From Acidobacteriota bacterium (lineage in GTDB: Bacteria; Acidobacteriota; UBA6911; RPQK01; CBDAPI01), in NCBI GenBank assembly GCA_965248635.1, contig OZ252114.1:3103309-3167308 (forward strand): DNA of 64,000 nt. Reading direction: 5' to 3'. Below are positions 62,892 to 64,000 of this stretch, piece after piece. The notes beneath the pieces are model-generated. The model had not been told where the DNA came from, did no database searches, and worked only from the letters and a program-made list of their open reading frames with translations. Position 1 is the stretch's first letter; each line of letters starts with the position of its first letter. The translations under genes were made by a program, and so were the position numbers.

Positions 62892-64000
62892 TCATGTGGC
62901 CCGAGCCTGCCTTCTCTCCCGCAGGGCCTGCCACGCGTGAACAATAGGACTGGCAATCGCCACGGACGAATAGGTCCCGACGAGAACCCCGACGGCCAGG
63001 GCGAACGAAAAGCCGTTCAGTACCTCCCCACCCTTCAGATACAGGGCCATGACCGCCAGAAACGTCATACCCGAAGTGAGAATCGTGCGGTTCAGAGTCT
63101 GATTGATGCTGGTATTGATCACGGAAGCGAAATCAGTGCGCCGCATCAGCCTCAGGTTCTCGCGCACACGGTCGAACACGACAATCGTGTCGTTAATGGA
63201 ATATCCCATCAGAGTGAGCAGGGCAGCGACTACGGTCAGAGAAATCTCCTTGCTGAAAAGCGAGAAAAACCCCAGGGTGATCAAAACGTCGTGGAACAGG
63301 GCCACGATCGCCGCCAGACCGTAGGCGATCCCCTTGAAGCGAAACCAGATGTACAGCACGATCCCGATCAGCGAGAAAATGATCGCGTTTTGGGCCTTCT
63401 TCTGCAACTCTCGACCCACCTTTGGACCTACGCTCTCGACACTCAGAACATTGAAACTGCCCAGATAAAAATGGTCTTTCAGTATGCGCGCGATATTCTC
63501 CGGAAGCCCCATCTCGTCAAACTGAGCCTCGCTCTGGACGATGCCGCCATTGGCCGTGCGGTAGTCGATCACCTGCCGGGCCAGCTGCACCGGGCTCGGA
63601 TCCTCACCCTCCGTCAGCTCAGCCATCAGGTTCCCCGACACATCTTCCTGACAGTCCCGACCGTCAAGAACATTTCGAAAGCAACGCGTCAACGCGAAGG
63701 CGCTGGTATTGTTCAGATCGAGCCGATTTGCCGGCATATCGCCGTCAAACTCCTCTTTGAGAGTCACAGACACCTGTCGACTGTCCTCGTTCAGATCTCT
63801 TTCGGCTTCGTCGGCGACTCGGGAGAGTCGGATCTGCAGCTGATTCTTGGAAGGATCGTCGAAGCGCGTGACCCCCTCGGCGTTCAAGTCTGCAGCCGAC
63901 AGGACTCTTCGAACTCTTTCGATATCGGGCGCTTCCTTGAATTTCACGTAGACCAGCGTTCCTCCGGTGAAATCAATGCCCAGGTTCAGACCGCGCCCCA
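62892..64000 (-). CDS. secF: protein translocase subunit SecF, 5'-partial (N-terminus beyond window end)
   Basis: SecF periplasmic and TM regions. The reading frame stays open past 63947 to the window edge (…GLNLGIDFTGGTLVYVKFKEA…). Confidence 0.85.
   Translation of the reverse strand, partial: GRGLNLGIDFTGGTLVYVKFKEAPDIERVRRVLSAADLNAEGVTRFDDPSKNQLQIRLSRVADEAERDLNEDSRQVSVTLKEEFDGDMPANRLDLNNTSAFALTRCFRNVLDGRDCQEDVSGNLMAELTEGEDPSPVQLARQVIDYRTANGGIVQSEAQFDEMGLPENIARILKDHFYLGSFNVLSVESVGPKVGRELQKKAQNAIIFSLIGIVLYIWFRFKGIAYGLAAIVALFHDVLITLGFFSLFSKEISLTVVAALLTLMGYSINDTIVVFDRVRENLRLMRRTDFASVINTSINQTLNRTILTSGMTFLAVMALYLKGGEVLNGFSFALAVGVLVGTYSSVAIASPIVHAWQALRERRQARAT

Overview
This is a high-GC (about 60%) bacterial chromosomal segment. 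The TonB-ExbB-ExbD-ExbD operon and a candidate outer-membrane cytochrome-barrel fusion point to a Gram-negative cell envelope; the lineage cannot be fixed from sequence alone. Non-ORF coordinates were read from the printed sequence and may be off by 1-2 nt; CDS ends follow the six-frame track, with starts refined where noted.

Bases 1-7000 are a decayed accessory region: an IS91-family rolling-circle IS lies between a truncated PD40/TolB-like gene and a truncated NodB deacetylase gene. Next to it is an ISAzo13-family element whose transposase is split at an A8 tract. A BNR-repeat sialidase-like gene, an FAD-oxidoreductase fragment and an alkyltransferase-like (ATL) gene follow.

The rest is housekeeping: a MacAB-type ABC efflux operon, hisS-aspS, queF, ispH, lon, ferritin, gcvH-gcvP, rarA, an ECF sigma/anti-sigma/ybjQ operon, mutM, tRNA-Gln, a sulfatase, recA, a thiolase, rel/spoT, tonB-exbB-exbD-exbD and secF.

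The features most worth follow-up:
- A secreted monoheme CxxCH protein with a predicted C-terminal beta-barrel (Cyc2-like cytochrome-porin candidate).
- A 23S-5S rRNA operon with no 16S upstream (unlinked), two sigma70-like promoters and a leader/trailer processing stem.
- A family of GTTCCA-based tandem/inverted intergenic repeats at gene ends, plus a 14-bp tandem array in the mutM leader.
- Several ORFs interrupted at homopolymer runs (ISAzo13 transposase A8, a membrane glycosyltransferase-like gene at a G3C3 and a C7 run, ybjQ in a CT-rich run) and an in-frame TAA inside a metallophosphoesterase. Together these point to either consensus indel errors or real pseudogenisation.
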